A stretch of 64,000 nucleotides of DNA, from NCBI GenBank assembly GCA_003693705.1, contig RBZT01000125.1, positions 310,001 to 374,000 on the forward strand. Reading direction: 5' to 3'. The position numbers and the translations under genes were made by a program. The stretch's first letter is position 1. Every line of letters starts with the position of its first letter. This document shows positions 1 to 12,564 of this stretch, in pieces. The notes beneath the pieces were generated by a model. The model saw only the letters and a list, made by a program, of their open reading frames with translations. It was not told the DNA's origin and made no database searches. This stretch comes from Polymyxa betae A26-41 (lineage: Eukaryota; Protista; Endomyxa: Phytomyxea).

Positions 1-691
1 ATACGTTTAGGCGATGCTGCGGCGGAATTTTGCACAGATTCGATCGCATCTTCACATCACCGATCCTTATCAGGCTCAGCATCGACTTCAACTCTTTGGT
101 CGCCCGATAAATCTGCTGCTGCTGCTGCAAAACTCTCGAAAGAAAAACTTTTGGAATCACATTTGCCTTGGAAAGAACCGCCTTTGTACACTACTACAAG
201 TCGAGCAATGCCGCCAAACTTCATTCATCGCCCAATTCAAGAAGTCCATATTCGCCAAGAGACTGTGAAGTCTGGGATTAAATTTGGGGACTACGCGCCT
301 ACATATACTACTTCATCTAATACTGCTACTAGCTTTACTGAGGGTACCATTTGGCTTAAATTTAAAAAAGTAAATTGGATGCTAAATAGTCTCAGCAAAA
401 GCGGAATTCGGGGCCCATAACTTTTTTCGCCGAGGTTCGCGTCGCCATCGAGGTGCTGAGGCAACAACTTCTATGACTTCTAATGAAATAGCCGAGACCT
501 CGAAGTCATTGTCGAAGATTGCAGCAAATAATAACAGGACCGGATTCGTCTTAGGATACGATTCAACCGAGTATCAATGCACGAATAGTATGTCCCGGTA
601 TTTCGATAGATCAAAATGGGATTCGAGCGTTTCTCACAAATCTCAATCTCGGCCCCGAGACGCAAACAAAACTAATATCTGGTTTGGATAA
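1..691 (+). CDS. 3' part of a gene; possible ciliary microtubule inner protein (TEX45/SAXO-like repeats)
   Basis: The frame is open from the window edge to ~343. A GT..AG intron (~344-395) joins it to ORF 473-691. Recurring F/L-G-x(4-5)-Y-x-T motifs (IKFGDYAPTYTTSS, FVLGYDSTEYQ). The family call is inference. Confidence 0.35.
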
Positions 692-822
692 ATAAATAAA
701 CAAGGTTTATCGTCATTCCATAGGGCAAACCAATTCGGTATGGGCCAGTTTAAAAGCGCACCTCAGTTTGAGAGTTATGGGAGCAGTCGAATGAAGTAGA
801 ATGATTATTGGCAATACGACGC

Positions 823-1807
823 TCATTTGACATGATCATGTAGTTTTTTCAGGGTCTCGTGAATTTTCGCAATTGATAACATCGCATCGCTAATCCGATT
901 TTTCAGTTCGATGTCGTATATTGGCTGGTCGCCCTGTAATTCGCCGCATTGCTCTCTCTCAACTCGACGTAAAGTAAAACACCTGGGCAATTTAAGTTAA
1001 CTGCAATAAGTTCCGAAAAGGGACCACAGACCGGAGATTCCTAAGCCCAAAACTACTCCAGTTTGGCGATGGCTGTTCCAAACACAGCCTCAAAGCATAA
1101 ACAGGAACTGATGGGTTGAAGTTCTCGTTGAATCTGTTTGACGGAATAGTATGGAAATATTGAGCGTCATCTTCAAAATGGGGGTTTTCCATTAGTTTAT
1201 ACGATGATAGGACAATTGTCCATTTCGACTCATTTACATCACTGATATCTGTGGTTAAATGTCAGGCAACAGAATGCCAAGTATTTGATCCATTACCGTT
1301 GTCAATTGGAGACAGTAACTGCATAATCGATAGCGAAGCACAATAAAAATTTCGAAATTTGATATGGTCGATCTGGACGGAGTTAGCCAATCGCTCGAAG
1401 CTCGTTCGATTCAGTCAGCCCTACCAGAACAGGGGCGCTGAAGCGGATTTCCTGATAGACATGGCATGGACGGGTCGCGACAGTACCATTCTGGGCCAAG
1501 ACGGTGAACGGAACCTCACATGGTTCCGTTGCCATCGTCATCCCAAGCGGTGCCTTGACGTTGATGGTACACAACGACTACCTGCTCATTTAAATACAGT
1601 ATAATGATGGAAGCAGAAGGCTGCTCCGCCTAGAATGTTATGTTTACAAGTAACACAAACATGACGTAGAAGCGGTCGCCTGCTTTCAGAGATCCCATTC
1701 TCCATTCAGTCCATTGATTGACTGTTGAGCGTTCATGGAACAGGAGATGACCGAAACCAGTCGGAAGGGATCTTTCTTTCGAAGTCGCGGATCGTCAGAC
1801 GTCTCAT
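823..1807 (-). CDS. hypothetical multi-exon protein, divergent from IFT80
   Basis: ATG at 1807, several short open segments between GT/AG sites, and a helical last exon ...ISDAMLSIAKIHETLKKLHDHVK*. No family recognised and the exon structure is not resolved. Confidence 0.3.
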
Positions 1808-1862
1808 GCAGTCATAGTTTCAGCCTGTACCAATTAGTCATTGTTCGCCTTGCTGGCTCCCA

Positions 1863-4309
1863 ATGCGCCTGAAATTACACCAGCTCGACAGGAATAAGCA
1901 TGATGATATAGTAACGGCTGTCGACTGGACAGTTAGCAATGAGGCTTTATCTGTCTCAGATGATCGCAGATTGGTTCGCTGGTCTATAGATGGCTCATGC
2001 TTAGGGGAACTTATCAATGGCATTGATCCTCAAGTTACTGATATTCATTGTCAGGTTTGGCTGATTCACATTTTTATATGCAATCTGATTATATGACTTG
2101 TTTTTAGGCACAAGGTCAACCAATGGTTGCATTAGCTCAGTCAAATGGCCAATACTTAATCGTTAACATTGGGACTGGAAAGGTAGAAGGGACAAGCGCA
2201 AAGCAGCACCAGGGCTCCATAACCTGCATCCGATGGAGTTCCGATGGTTCAACTCTGCTCACTGCTGGTGAAGATGGCAGAATCCTGCAATGGTCGCGTT
2301 CTGGCAATTTACGCTCGAAACTTGTGTCTACACATAGAGCCGTGTATAGCTGCGCCTGGTCTCCTGATAATCAGGTTCGATTTTAAACTGCACATTGAAT
2401 TCATGCGTGATCGTCGATGCTCAGGCTGTATTGTACGCTAGTGGATCCAGCCTTGTTATTAAGCCACTACGGATTGACGATAAACAGACTCAATGGCGAA
2501 CCCAATGTGGTTTGATTATCGCTCTAGACTGGTCTCCTGTCAATGGATTGATAATTTGTGGAGGTGAAGGATGCCGCTACAGCATTTACGATGCTCACGG
2601 GCAACAACTCTTTTGTCTTTCTAAACCTATGCAACACCCCATAACGTCTACCAAATGGGCTCCGAATGGACTGATGTTCGCTGCTGGAAGCCTGGATGTT
2701 CTCATGTTATGCGACCGATCCGGATGGTCATATTCAAGGCATGCAATATCGACAGGTTCCATCCTGTCATTATCTTGGACTAACGATTCCACACATATCG
2801 CTGGCGCTGGGGTCAATGGTTCTGTGGTGTTTGGTCAAGTTATCGACCGTGTGAAGCAGTGGCGCCAGTTTGAAGCCACACTCAACGAACGCAATCAGGT
2901 TGTTGTGTCTAACGTCATTGTGGACCTCGCAGGAAAGGCTTTTGAAGTACTCGACTTCAATGACAGAGTAATCGATTTCTCTATCGGTTTCGGCCACTTG
3001 TAAGTCCTGATTTGCAATGTTAACACCGAATTAATCAGCTACATTTAGGGTTGTTGCAACTTGCAAACAACTATATTCGTACAACGTAGAGACGTTCGCT
3101 GCCCCTAGCATTTTCGATATTAAAGCTGGTGGAGCCGTACATCTGATTTTTCTCAGCGAAAGGTTCTTTGTGCTTGTTGGAAATTCCTTGTTAGGAATTC
3201 GCGTGTGTTCATACGATGCAAGAGAAATCTGCACTGTTAAAATTCCTGGACTTCAAACTGACTATTTAACACCGTCGAACATTGCCATATCACCGGATAC
3301 GATGGCGATTGTTGATCAGTCGAAGGGATCTCGGTCGATATTATTCCTAGATATCAATTATGGAACTCAAATATGCAAGCCATTTACTTCATCGGAAGCA
3401 ATCATTAGTATTGCCTTGTCTCAACAAGGTTTAGTGTCAGATCGAAAGATTGCTTTCATCGACTCAAGGTCAGATCTCTGGATCAATTTAATCCATGCAG
3501 ACCAGAGACCGATTAAGATCGCATCGATGGCAAGCTGCATGCAATTTAATAGTGACAATGATGCTTTAGCTTGCATGACCGATGCACAGCTTCGAATTTG
3601 GCACTACGCAAACGTCGTCTTTACCGATCGGGCATTACTAGATTCTACAACAGAGTCGTTCGTTGAGGGCCTAGGTCATAATTGTGCCATTCATGAATTT
3701 AATGGGAATTGTTGTACTATTCGACGCCAAGATGGAGCTCTCATCAGCATTGGAGTTATGCCATATCCATCATTACTGTATTCGTTAACGAGCCAAGGGC
3801 AATGGACACCTGCCCTAAAATTAGCCCGATTTGTTAACGAAAACATCGTTTGGGCATGCTTAGCGGCAATGGCAATCCACGGTCGCGAGCTGGATGTGGC
3901 TGAACATTGCTTCGCCGCAATTGATTCTGTTGACAGACTATTTTTTATACAAAATATCAAAGCCTTGGCTGTCAAAGCAATCCGAGATTCCGAACTGGCT
4001 CTCTTTCGGAGACGTCCTGGCGAAGCGGAGCAGATTCTGTTGGGACAGAAATTATTTTATCGAGCTATCAAGCTGAATATTAGATTATGTAACTGGCAAA
4101 GAGCATTGGAGCTAGCACAGAAGCACGGCGTGCATTTGGATACAGTAGTTGGATACAGGCAAGAGTATCTGCAAAGATTCAAGCAAGAAGAGAATCTGAA
4201 GGAATACACTTCCATTACACAGGCGGTCAAAGTCGATTGGAATTTAATCAAGCAAAATGAAACCAGAGAATTAAATCTAGAAGCTTCGGCAAAAGTCAAT
4301 CGAACATAA
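1863..4309 (+). CDS. IFT80: intraflagellar transport protein 80 (two WD40 propellers plus TPR-like tail)
   Basis: MRLK start, HQGSITCIRWSSDGSTLLTAGEDG, DWSPVNGLIICGGEGCRY, WACLAAMA, YRAIKLNIRLCNWQRALELAQKHGVHLDTVVGYRQEYL. Three short introns (~2055-2107, ~2375-2424, ~3000-3048). Confidence 0.95.
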
Positions 4310-4865
4310 TGAAATATCTAATAAGCATTCTGAACAGGCAAATAAAGTAGTAGAGATATGAACTGATACACAAATGTACACAAGATCAAACAATGGGAAA
4401 GCCATACTGCTAATCGAGATGGAACAGTGTAGTGACCTTTATGGATTTCAAGATTGACAAACTGGTCAATCGGAGGACGTATCATGCTAGACTTCTCAAG
4501 TACATGTTCACGTTACTGAACCATGCCCGTTTCTGCCGACCACGATGCACTTTAAGTTTGTCCGTGCAGAGTCTGGCGTGGCGATTCAGGACGGAAGCGT
4601 GGCCGATCGCTGTCTTCTACGGCCTTATCCCAGTCCGTCCGACAGCCTTGCCCGTGCTATTCCAAATTTGGACAAATTTAGACTGACCCGCTGTATCCAC
4701 TCACATATTATAGGAGACCGCGTTAATACATGGTCGGTCAGTTAAAAATGAGAAAAGTGCGCGAAAACTGGTTGCGCCGAGATTCGTTCTTCATTTGGCT
4801 CGGTTAAATTGCTCTTTCGTGGCCGTTCGAACTCACGATTGACCTGAATACTTCCTGTCCAAGAT

Positions 4866-5402
4866 ATGATTGAGATCCTGTACAACAGCCTGATGTTGGC
4901 GTCGCTGTTTGCTGTTGCCGTTTGTTCAGTGCAAATCAGTGCCCTGCACGGCAGGATGGCGAACGAAAGGGGTTTGCGGACGTTCATCAAATCTTTGAAA
5001 CTCTCGAGAATTGTCAGACACGCGAGAAATTGCAGTGAGAGAAAGGTTTCTACAGCCTCAATGCAGCAGGACACAGAAAATGTCTTTCAAGCTTCTGATT
5101 CACCTTCAACAAACACGACTTCATATTCTGCCTTTCTTGATCATATTGAATCAGATTCTGATTCGGCAGAAATACCATTTATCGACGACAATTACACCGA
5201 CGAAGAATGCAGATGGCTTTCTGAATACGGTTGGACAACGGACGAAGTATTAAATATTAAGCCTCTCTCCCGCGAAGAAATCAAGCCGACCAAGGCCCTT
5301 CTGAAGTTTCGAAGAAATCGCGGATCATTGGATAGAGCTGCTATGCTACAGCAAATGACGCTGGCATTACAAAGCTGCCCCATAGTTCCTTATGCGAAAT
5401 AA
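4866..5402 (+). CDS. hypothetical intronless protein with signal-peptide-like N-terminus
   Basis: 178 aa ORF with a hydrophobic segment (LMLASLFAVAVCSVQISA) and an acidic middle region. Confidence 0.55.
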   Translation: MIEILYNSLMLASLFAVAVCSVQISALHGRMANERGLRTFIKSLKLSRIVRHARNCSERKVSTASMQQDTENVFQASDSPSTNTTSYSAFLDHIESDSDSAEIPFIDDNYTDEECRWLSEYGWTTDEVLNIKPLSREEIKPTKALLKFRRNRGSLDRAAMLQQMTLALQSCPIVPYAK

Positions 5403-5740
5403 TCATTTATTTGTTTAGTTTAATTACAGTATTACTAATATAATCGTACAATATAGCAAGTTGCTGCATGTTTTTGGCTTGAATTTGCACCAGGACCACA
5501 CTGGTCGTCTGATGGACAGCATGGGATTTCAGGAAGGCTCGAGAGCTTACCATGGACTTTCGAATCGCTGTTTCCAACAACTGTCGAGCTGAATGGCAAA
5601 ATTAACAGCAGCATTGAGCTTGTGGCGTGTTGATTTTGATTCTGGACGTCATGGAATGGTGCGAAATCTCTCATGGCGCCAGATGGGTCATGTGACAGGA
5701 GGGCCGCGCCATCTCTTATAGAGCGTCCTCCTGGCTTGTC

Positions 5741-7693
5741 ATGACGTTACCTCGACGTCTTTTCAGTTCATTCTCGAAATCGTCCTCTCATCAATACATT
5801 ACGACCCCCATTTTCTATGTCAATGCCCGGCCACATCTCGGGCATGTGTATTCGACTGTCATCGCTGATAGTCTGGCCCGGTTTCACCGGCTCCGGGATG
5901 GAGCTAGTCGCGTCCATTTTGTGACCGGCACAGATGAACACGGGAATAAGGTGTACGACGCAGCCAGAGCTGCTGATATGGAAGTCAAGCGATTCTGTGA
6001 TCAGGTTTCTCAGACCTTCCAAGACGCATTCAGAAATGTTGAAATCCATCCGGATGTTTTTGTTAGGTCTCTAACTCAAATAACTCGTCCTCAACGCTGA
6101 ACATTCATGCTCAGGACTACGTCATTAGAACATCATCGAGCCGTCGAGAAACTATGGAACACTTTACTTAAACGAGGTCATTTATACTTGGGCCATCACG
6201 AAGGCTGGTATTGCAAGTACTCAGATGTGATACATCCTGTCCTGTGCAGTAATTCGGTTTCAGATCAGATGAATGTTTCGTCGCTGCTGGGCAAGTTGTC
6301 CATTTAGATAATGGAAGTGTTGTCACCCGGGAGTCAGGAAAGCCAGTAGAATGGCTTTCGGAAACAAACTACAAATTCCGGTTGTCTCAATTCACGGATC
6401 AAATCCGGGCCTGGCTTCAACAAGAACCATGTCCTATTCAGCCTGCTGCATATCGACAGGAGTTGCTAGCTTTATTAGATCAGGGTTTGCAGGTCATTAA
6501 CGAAAGTTCCTCTATTCTTCGCACTCATCACCGGATATGCAGGACTTGAGCGTTTCTAGATTAGCCGGACAAGCTTCTTGGGGCATTCCTGTCCCAAACG
6601 ATCCGGATCACACAGTAAGTCACTCTAATTCTTTGAATTACGGTAACTGCATTCTTGACAGATCTATGTTTGGCTTGATGCATTGACTAATTATCTGACG
6701 GCTATTGGCTATCCTGACAGTTTGCCTTTCTGGCCACCTACTACACAAATTATTGGCAAAGATATCCTTCGTTTTCATGCAATCTACTGGCCGTAAGCGC
6801 TGTCCTAATTCTGTACTTGATATTCATTTCGCAAAGGGCGCTCCTTCTTGCTGCAGGCCTTGCTCTTCCGAAATCCATTGTTGTTCACGCACACTGGATT
6901 GGTATGTCTTGCTTCTCATTAACGCTCTGTCTATTCACGTTTCCATTCAGTTGACGGAGGGAAAATGTCGAAATCTGTTGGTAATGTTATCTGTCCTAAC
7001 TGGTTATCATCAGAGCTTGGAGGATCTGACGCATTGAGATATTTTCTGCTGCGTCATTCTTCCATTGAACACGACGCTAGCTTTAACCTCAATCAAGCGT
7101 GGTCTTTGGTCAATCGAGATCTTGCCGATCAATTAGGCAACTTGTACTCAAGATCAATAGCGCTTTTACGATCACCTTATGTAAGGGCTCGCTTGCTCTA
7201 GTCTTAAAATAACCTTCCGTTCTAGGATGAAAATGCGATCTCGTCGGCCTGCTCTAATCTCTTATGTACCGATTTGTCAATAGATGAAATATGGAAATCT
7301 CTTCCAGAGAAAGTCGATAGCAGTTTTAGTTCTGTTAAGTTTAATTTGGGATTGCGATGTATTGCAGATATGATTCATCATGCAAACTGCTGGTATGTTA
7401 GCTCAAAATTCGGTATTCTATGACTGCTAACAGAATCGTTTAGGTTCCAGTCGAGAAAGCCTTGGTTGGAGGAGGACCAAAATGCTCGGTTCGTGACTGT
7501 TGTTCATGCGTTGAACTGCTGCAGATTGGCTGCATTGCTGATGCAGCCGGTTACCCCAAATTTATCCACGCGTATCCTGGATCACATGCGTGTCCCTAAC
7601 GATAAGCGATCAATGTCGTTTGATGACGTTTCTAGATGGAGCGGCCCTGGTCCTATTCCAGGGCAAAAATTCTCATTCTTTAAGCGACTCTAA
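5741..7693 (+). CDS. MARS2: methionyl-tRNA synthetase, mitochondrial/bacterial type
   Basis: [17 protein letters not shown] (HIGH motif), [27 protein letters not shown] and KMSKS. Arg/Ser-rich presequence [10 protein letters not shown]. Multiple short introns. Confidence 0.95.
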
Positions 7694-7762
7694 ACCAAAA
7701 CGCAAGAAAATCTAGCTACTGTGATCTCAAATCAACAATAAATATTTAGCTTATTTGGATGT

Positions 7763-9692
7763 TTAGGCCAAATTATCATTATTTGTGAGATCGAAAGACT
7801 CTCTGTTCTCATCTTTGTAGAGAACAGTCCAAATGAACTCGATTAGTCTCGAGCGGTTCTGTGATGATAAATCAGAATCCTGCCACCCGCTACGTATTTT
7901 AGCAGTCAATGTCATGGACGAAGGTCCTGCATATTCAGCAGCATAGAGGGAAAATTCAGGAAACCAAACGTCATCGTTTTCTTTAAGAAACATTGCAATT
8001 CGATTTCTCAGTTTCATAACGGACTTGGAAGAATGCTTCTCCGGCATCTAAAAGCAAGACATCATAATTTGACAATGACAATCGTGTAACTTAAGGACTT
8101 CAAATTTGAGGACGACTGTGGCTGATTCACTCTTTCGAAGATTGAATATCGGTTTCGCAGCCAAACTTTGATTACTGAGCATGCAAAGCCGGTTTTCATT
8201 ATTGTACATCAAAGTCGTGAGCAAGTTGATTCTGTGAATTACGAAATCGTTACCATCGATTTGAACACGATCCCCTACATCGTAGGGCTAACCCCGAGCT
8301 TACGGATGAAGACAGAGGCATATCGAAACAGATTACCTTGAATACAAATATGAATATCAAACTTTCCACCATTTTAGCAATAGTAGATCCAAAAGCAAAC
8401 GCCAGCGATAACATGAGGGAAGTCAATGACGTCAAGACAACAGAAAGATTGAAATCAAAAAGTGAGGCGGTGACAAACACCATAACTAGTATGAACAAGC
8501 CAGATAGGAATCGATGAACAAGCGCTGTTAAGTTTTCCCTTGTATGCATCCAGGCCACTAATCGTTGGCGACGTTGAATAAAGCGGTCAACAGAATTTCG
8601 GAGCTGACGAAATGTAACAGTTTTAGAGTCAGTAGTAGATGTCGAAGGGAAGAATTCTTTGAACATAAATAAACCATGAGAGCGATCGGGAAAGAAGCGT
8701 AGCCAGCCATCCAGTGTCGAAGCTTTACCAGAAGAGTGAAGATTTGCAAACATAAACCGAACAAGATCAGGTTGAAGAACGGCCGATATCAAAACTGTTC
8801 CTGTTTGGGGATCTGTTGTGTAATCCAACCGACCGGAGTTTGCACGGAGAGGCAGTTTAAACGGAGAAAGCAGTTCTGCTTTTTGAGAGTTGAAATCAGT
8901 GACAACTTGACGTGATGCATCAGAAGATAAATCTGCACTGGATCGACAGCAGATTCGTTGCAGAATGCGACCATGGTAATATAGCGTAGCAACTCGATAG
9001 GAGAACAAACTATGAGTACGACGCGCTGAGCCTAAGTCAAATGCAAGCTCTTTGATAATCCAAAAAGTGATAAATAGTTGTGCAGCTAAGAGTGAATTCT
9101 GGACGGCATTCTGCACCTTTTGTGATGAGAACCCCAGAAAGATAGGCGCTGCAATTTGGATCGCCAGAACTTGAACCTAAATAAGCATAATACGATTATT
9201 TCTTACATCAAACTTACTGAATAGCGAATAGCGAATCTGAATTAAAGCATCAAAGGACTGAGCGTTGCCGAAGCTTAGCTTGAGCAGTCGAAGAATAACC
9301 CGTTGAATAATCGAAGAGATCCAAAAGACAGCAATATGGAGAGCAAGCCAGAAAGGCCATATCCATATAGGGTTGCTTAGTACGTAGGTATTTGGGCTCA
9401 TAAAAAACAAAAGAACTCCGATCCCAAAGCAGGCAGCGAACACGATGAAGCTCGTCTGACGTTTCAGGTAGCTCCAGAAGGAAGAGTGGGGACGTCGAAT
9501 CGCAGCGGATTCGTTCGTTACTTCGAAAGGATTAATAGCTTCACTTGGAGTCTGGTCCCGGAACGTTCGAGCAAGCATCAGCATATTGTGATGCACTGCA
9601 CCATGTCCATGTCCGTCTTCTTCAACTTCTATCACATCGGTTCCTGTTTCACTGGTACGCCGGCTGACTCCGAATTTCCATGGATCCATCAT
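7763..9692 (-). CDS. MscS-like (MSL) mechanosensitive ion channel
   Basis: Several TM helices, pore-lining LSLAFAFGSTIAKMVESLIFIF, then DVGDRVQIDG, INLLTT and IFNLRKS after splicing. Confidence 0.85.
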
Positions 9693-10011
9693 GTGAGGCA
9701 GCGCTTCAATAACGCAGCGTTACAGAAAAGGGCAAACGTCAATGCGCTGAATGTGATCACATTTGCAAAGATTCCAGATATATTCTCGAACATAGATAAG
9801 TATAATTGGTGAATTCAGAAAAGCTAAACCATACTATAGAATTTAGATACGATTGGACTGTGTTATTAGAATCCAGTTTTGAGGGCTATACGTTGACCAG
9901 CTATTGAATATCCTGTTGAGAATCATCGGCATGATGACTTGAATGCAACAGGGGGAATTGTAGGATTTCTTGAAGAAATCAAAATTGAGAATGCTGATAT
10001 AACGTAGTAGC

Positions 10012-11262
10012 CTAAAAGCTATTTTGTGTCTCAGGGAAATTGATATCCCAGTACCCCTGTGGTGTGTCGGGCCTTTTTCTCGTGGAACGATGTCGAGATA
10101 CAGCATCGACTAGCGTTTTGTTACAATTGGAAGGAGCTCGTTCTATTCCGATGTGCTCATAGAACTAAACACAAATTGATGCATCATCGACAAGTACAAT
10201 AGTTGAGCTTACGCCTCCACATTGGGAACAATCATGCCCTTGAAGCTCAGTCGGCGCAACACCACTGCGAGACGTGTTGAACTCATTTGAAGCTCTAAAG
10301 TGCAGAATTCAACAGTTCAGTTTCAAGACTTCAGACACCAAACCTGGCAGGCTGAGGTTTATCGTTTATACGATTCCTCCCAGGGATAATCGGAGCAGTT
10401 TTCATCATTACTTGACTGACATCAACCAGGTCACATTCTGCAGCGCGATTATCACATAAAGTAGAAGGATTGTCTTTTATGGTTGAAGAAGCGCCATGAT
10501 GATCCCCCAATTGGGGCGATAAACTCGGTTCTGAAAACGATTTTAAAATTGACAATGAAAGACAATAAACAAGAAGCACCAGTGGCTTTGCTTAGCTCAT
10601 CGTCATGATTCAGTACAACCGAGGTGACTCTATTTACAAGTGGTGTCCGTTTCGGATGATCGTCCACGTTCTTGTTTCTATCGGGGATAGCAGACTCGGC
10701 CTTCACTCTTTTTGCATTTGATCTGACAAGCATGGCAGCTGTAGCAGCGTCTTCGAATGTGCTTGTTGATTCCATAAACATCGACGCCATTTGACCTATA
10801 TCCTGAGAATGGTCAGCAGCTTGAAAGAGAGTACTCGCAGAAGATAGTACACCAGCTGGTTCGCTTTTCCGACGTCGAAGAAACTTATCTAAGGCTCGCT
10901 TGACTCGAGTGTACTTTTCAGTCATCTCATCGTACATATTTCTCAGGCTCATGTTCTCATTTCTAAGCCCTTGCATTTCTTGTTCATGTCTGACCCATTT
11001 TGTTTATCATGTTTAATTGCAACACCAAGCATGCTTACTTCCCTGCATTCATTTCATCATGCATCTTTCTGAGACTCATATTCTCGCTCCTAAGCCTTTG
11101 AACTTCTCGCTCATAACTGGCCATTCCCGTTGATCATCTCTTTTTCAACACCAAGCAAGCTTACTTCGCTATCTTGACACGCCATTCCCCTTCATGTGCA
11201 TTGAAGGCCGATCGGATTGCTGCTGATATCTGGTCCAGAGTCGTTTCCAGATCGTTGGTCAT
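10012..11262 (-). CDS. CtIP: CtIP/Sae2/COM1 DNA end-resection factor
   Basis: The spliced C-terminus reads LQGHDCSQCGG|FYE...VSRHRSTRKRPDTPQGYWDINFPETQNSF*. This gives CxxC at 10219-10230, RHR at 10087-10095 and the TP-G-W-x-I-x-FP-x-TQ motif. N-terminal coiled coil. The diagnostic exons are not in frame in the ORF track. Confidence 0.9.
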
Positions 11263-11430
11263 TGCTGATTGAATCAAGATGTCAATGACGAATCCAGAAG
11301 AGGAAATGACTTTGTAGAGGCGACTGCGTAAAGAAAAGGAAGAGTGCGGCCTGCATTCGTTACCTTCAAGAGGCAAAGGCCATTTCCTTTCAGAGTGGTT
11401 TTACAGCCATTTCGTAGACGACGGTGAGAG

Positions 11431-11762
11431 ATGACTGACGAGACAGAGGTCAATACCGCCGTCCAGAGGGACTGGGAGCAACGCGAGTACGTTGAGATTC
11501 TGTCATGGAATATGTCCAAGATTATTGGTGTTCTAAACCAGTTCGGTGAGCGGCTTGGCACTTGGTGAGTGTTGCTCTGAGAATTTTTGGTTTTAGAAAG
11601 CGTGTCAAGGAGTCGTTTGTCGAAGATCAATGATAGGTTAGGAACCCTGGAAAGGACGGTCGAGTAAGATATACAGTTGGAAGTAGTCAACATCGATTCA
11701 CTTAAAACTGTGAACATAGGCATCTGGATAAGTTTCTGTCCTCGAACGAGTCATCCAGTTAA
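11431..11762 (+). CDS. BRK1: BRICK1/HSPC300, WAVE/SCAR complex subunit
   Basis: Exons 11431-11545, 11597-11663 and 11720-11762 give MTDETEVNTAVQRDWEQREYVEILSWNMSKIIGVLNQFESVSRSRLSKINDRLGTLERTVEHLDKFLSSNESSS. This matches the BRK1 pattern DW..REY.E...F...R.RL...N..L..LER. Absent from the ORF track. Confidence 0.93.
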
Positions 11763-11821
11763 TATACCAAATTGCCAGCCTCGAGGCCCATGCTAACTGT
11801 ATTATAAATCAGCCCAACTAA

Positions 11822-12564
11822 CTACTTGCTATTAAGGTATTCCATAGTAGTTGTGGTTTTGATTCCAGCATGTTGAAGCTTGTCATCCATTTTTCTTTCT
11901 GAATCTGCAGACACAGATTTCGTTGCATCATTGCAGACACTAACATGAAAGCCATATTTTTTAGCGTCAAGCGCGGTCAGACCAACACAATAATCGAATG
12001 CCAGACCAACTACAACCACGCGCTCAATATTCTCCTGGCGTAAAATCTTCTCCAGATCTGTCTTTTTGGCCTGAAAGCATACTATCAAAACGAATGCCTT
12101 CTTTGTTTTTAAATTGATACCTGATCATTATCCATAAATGCAGAATATGAATCCACATTTTTGTCTTTTCCTTTTTGGACAAGGTTATCAGAGTTGGATA
12201 TTATAAGATCGGGATGAAATTCTGCTCCTACCGTCCCCTAGAGCTTCAATGAATGGGAAACAAAATCGGTTCATTTCAGTATTACGACCTGAACGCAATG
12301 GTCGGGCCACATCATCTGGATCTTTCCTCCTCCTAAGTCCAAAGGCTGAAACAGCTTAGCATTTGGATTCTTGGTATGTGATGAGCAAAACGAGATGTGC
12401 CCATGAGGGTGGTAATCTTGAGTCAGGACGACTTGGTCGAATCTACCGTTAGTTCGCAAGTTGTTAATGATTGGGACGACAGTGAACCCATCCTTGACGT
12501 AAAGCGCTCCATCTGGCTGGGCGAAATCGTTCTGGACGTCGACGATTATTAAGGCGGTCCTCAT
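11822..12564 (-). CDS. PNC1: nicotinamidase/pyrazinamidase (isochorismatase family)
   Basis: ALIIVDVQNDF, TQDYHP..HISF, WPDHCVQGT, KG....DSYSAF and GLAFDYCV give the D-K-C triad. Two introns. Confidence 0.95.

Noticed and set aside
6210-6263. GCAAGT as a GC donor in MetRS
   Set aside because: The GT donor four bases downstream restores YCKSDECF in frame, while the GC site shifts the frame.
11274-11723. 149-aa minus-strand ORF
   Set aside because: It is the antisense shadow of BRK1 and the CtIP/BRK1 promoter. The same applies to most ORFs nested opposite the genes called above.
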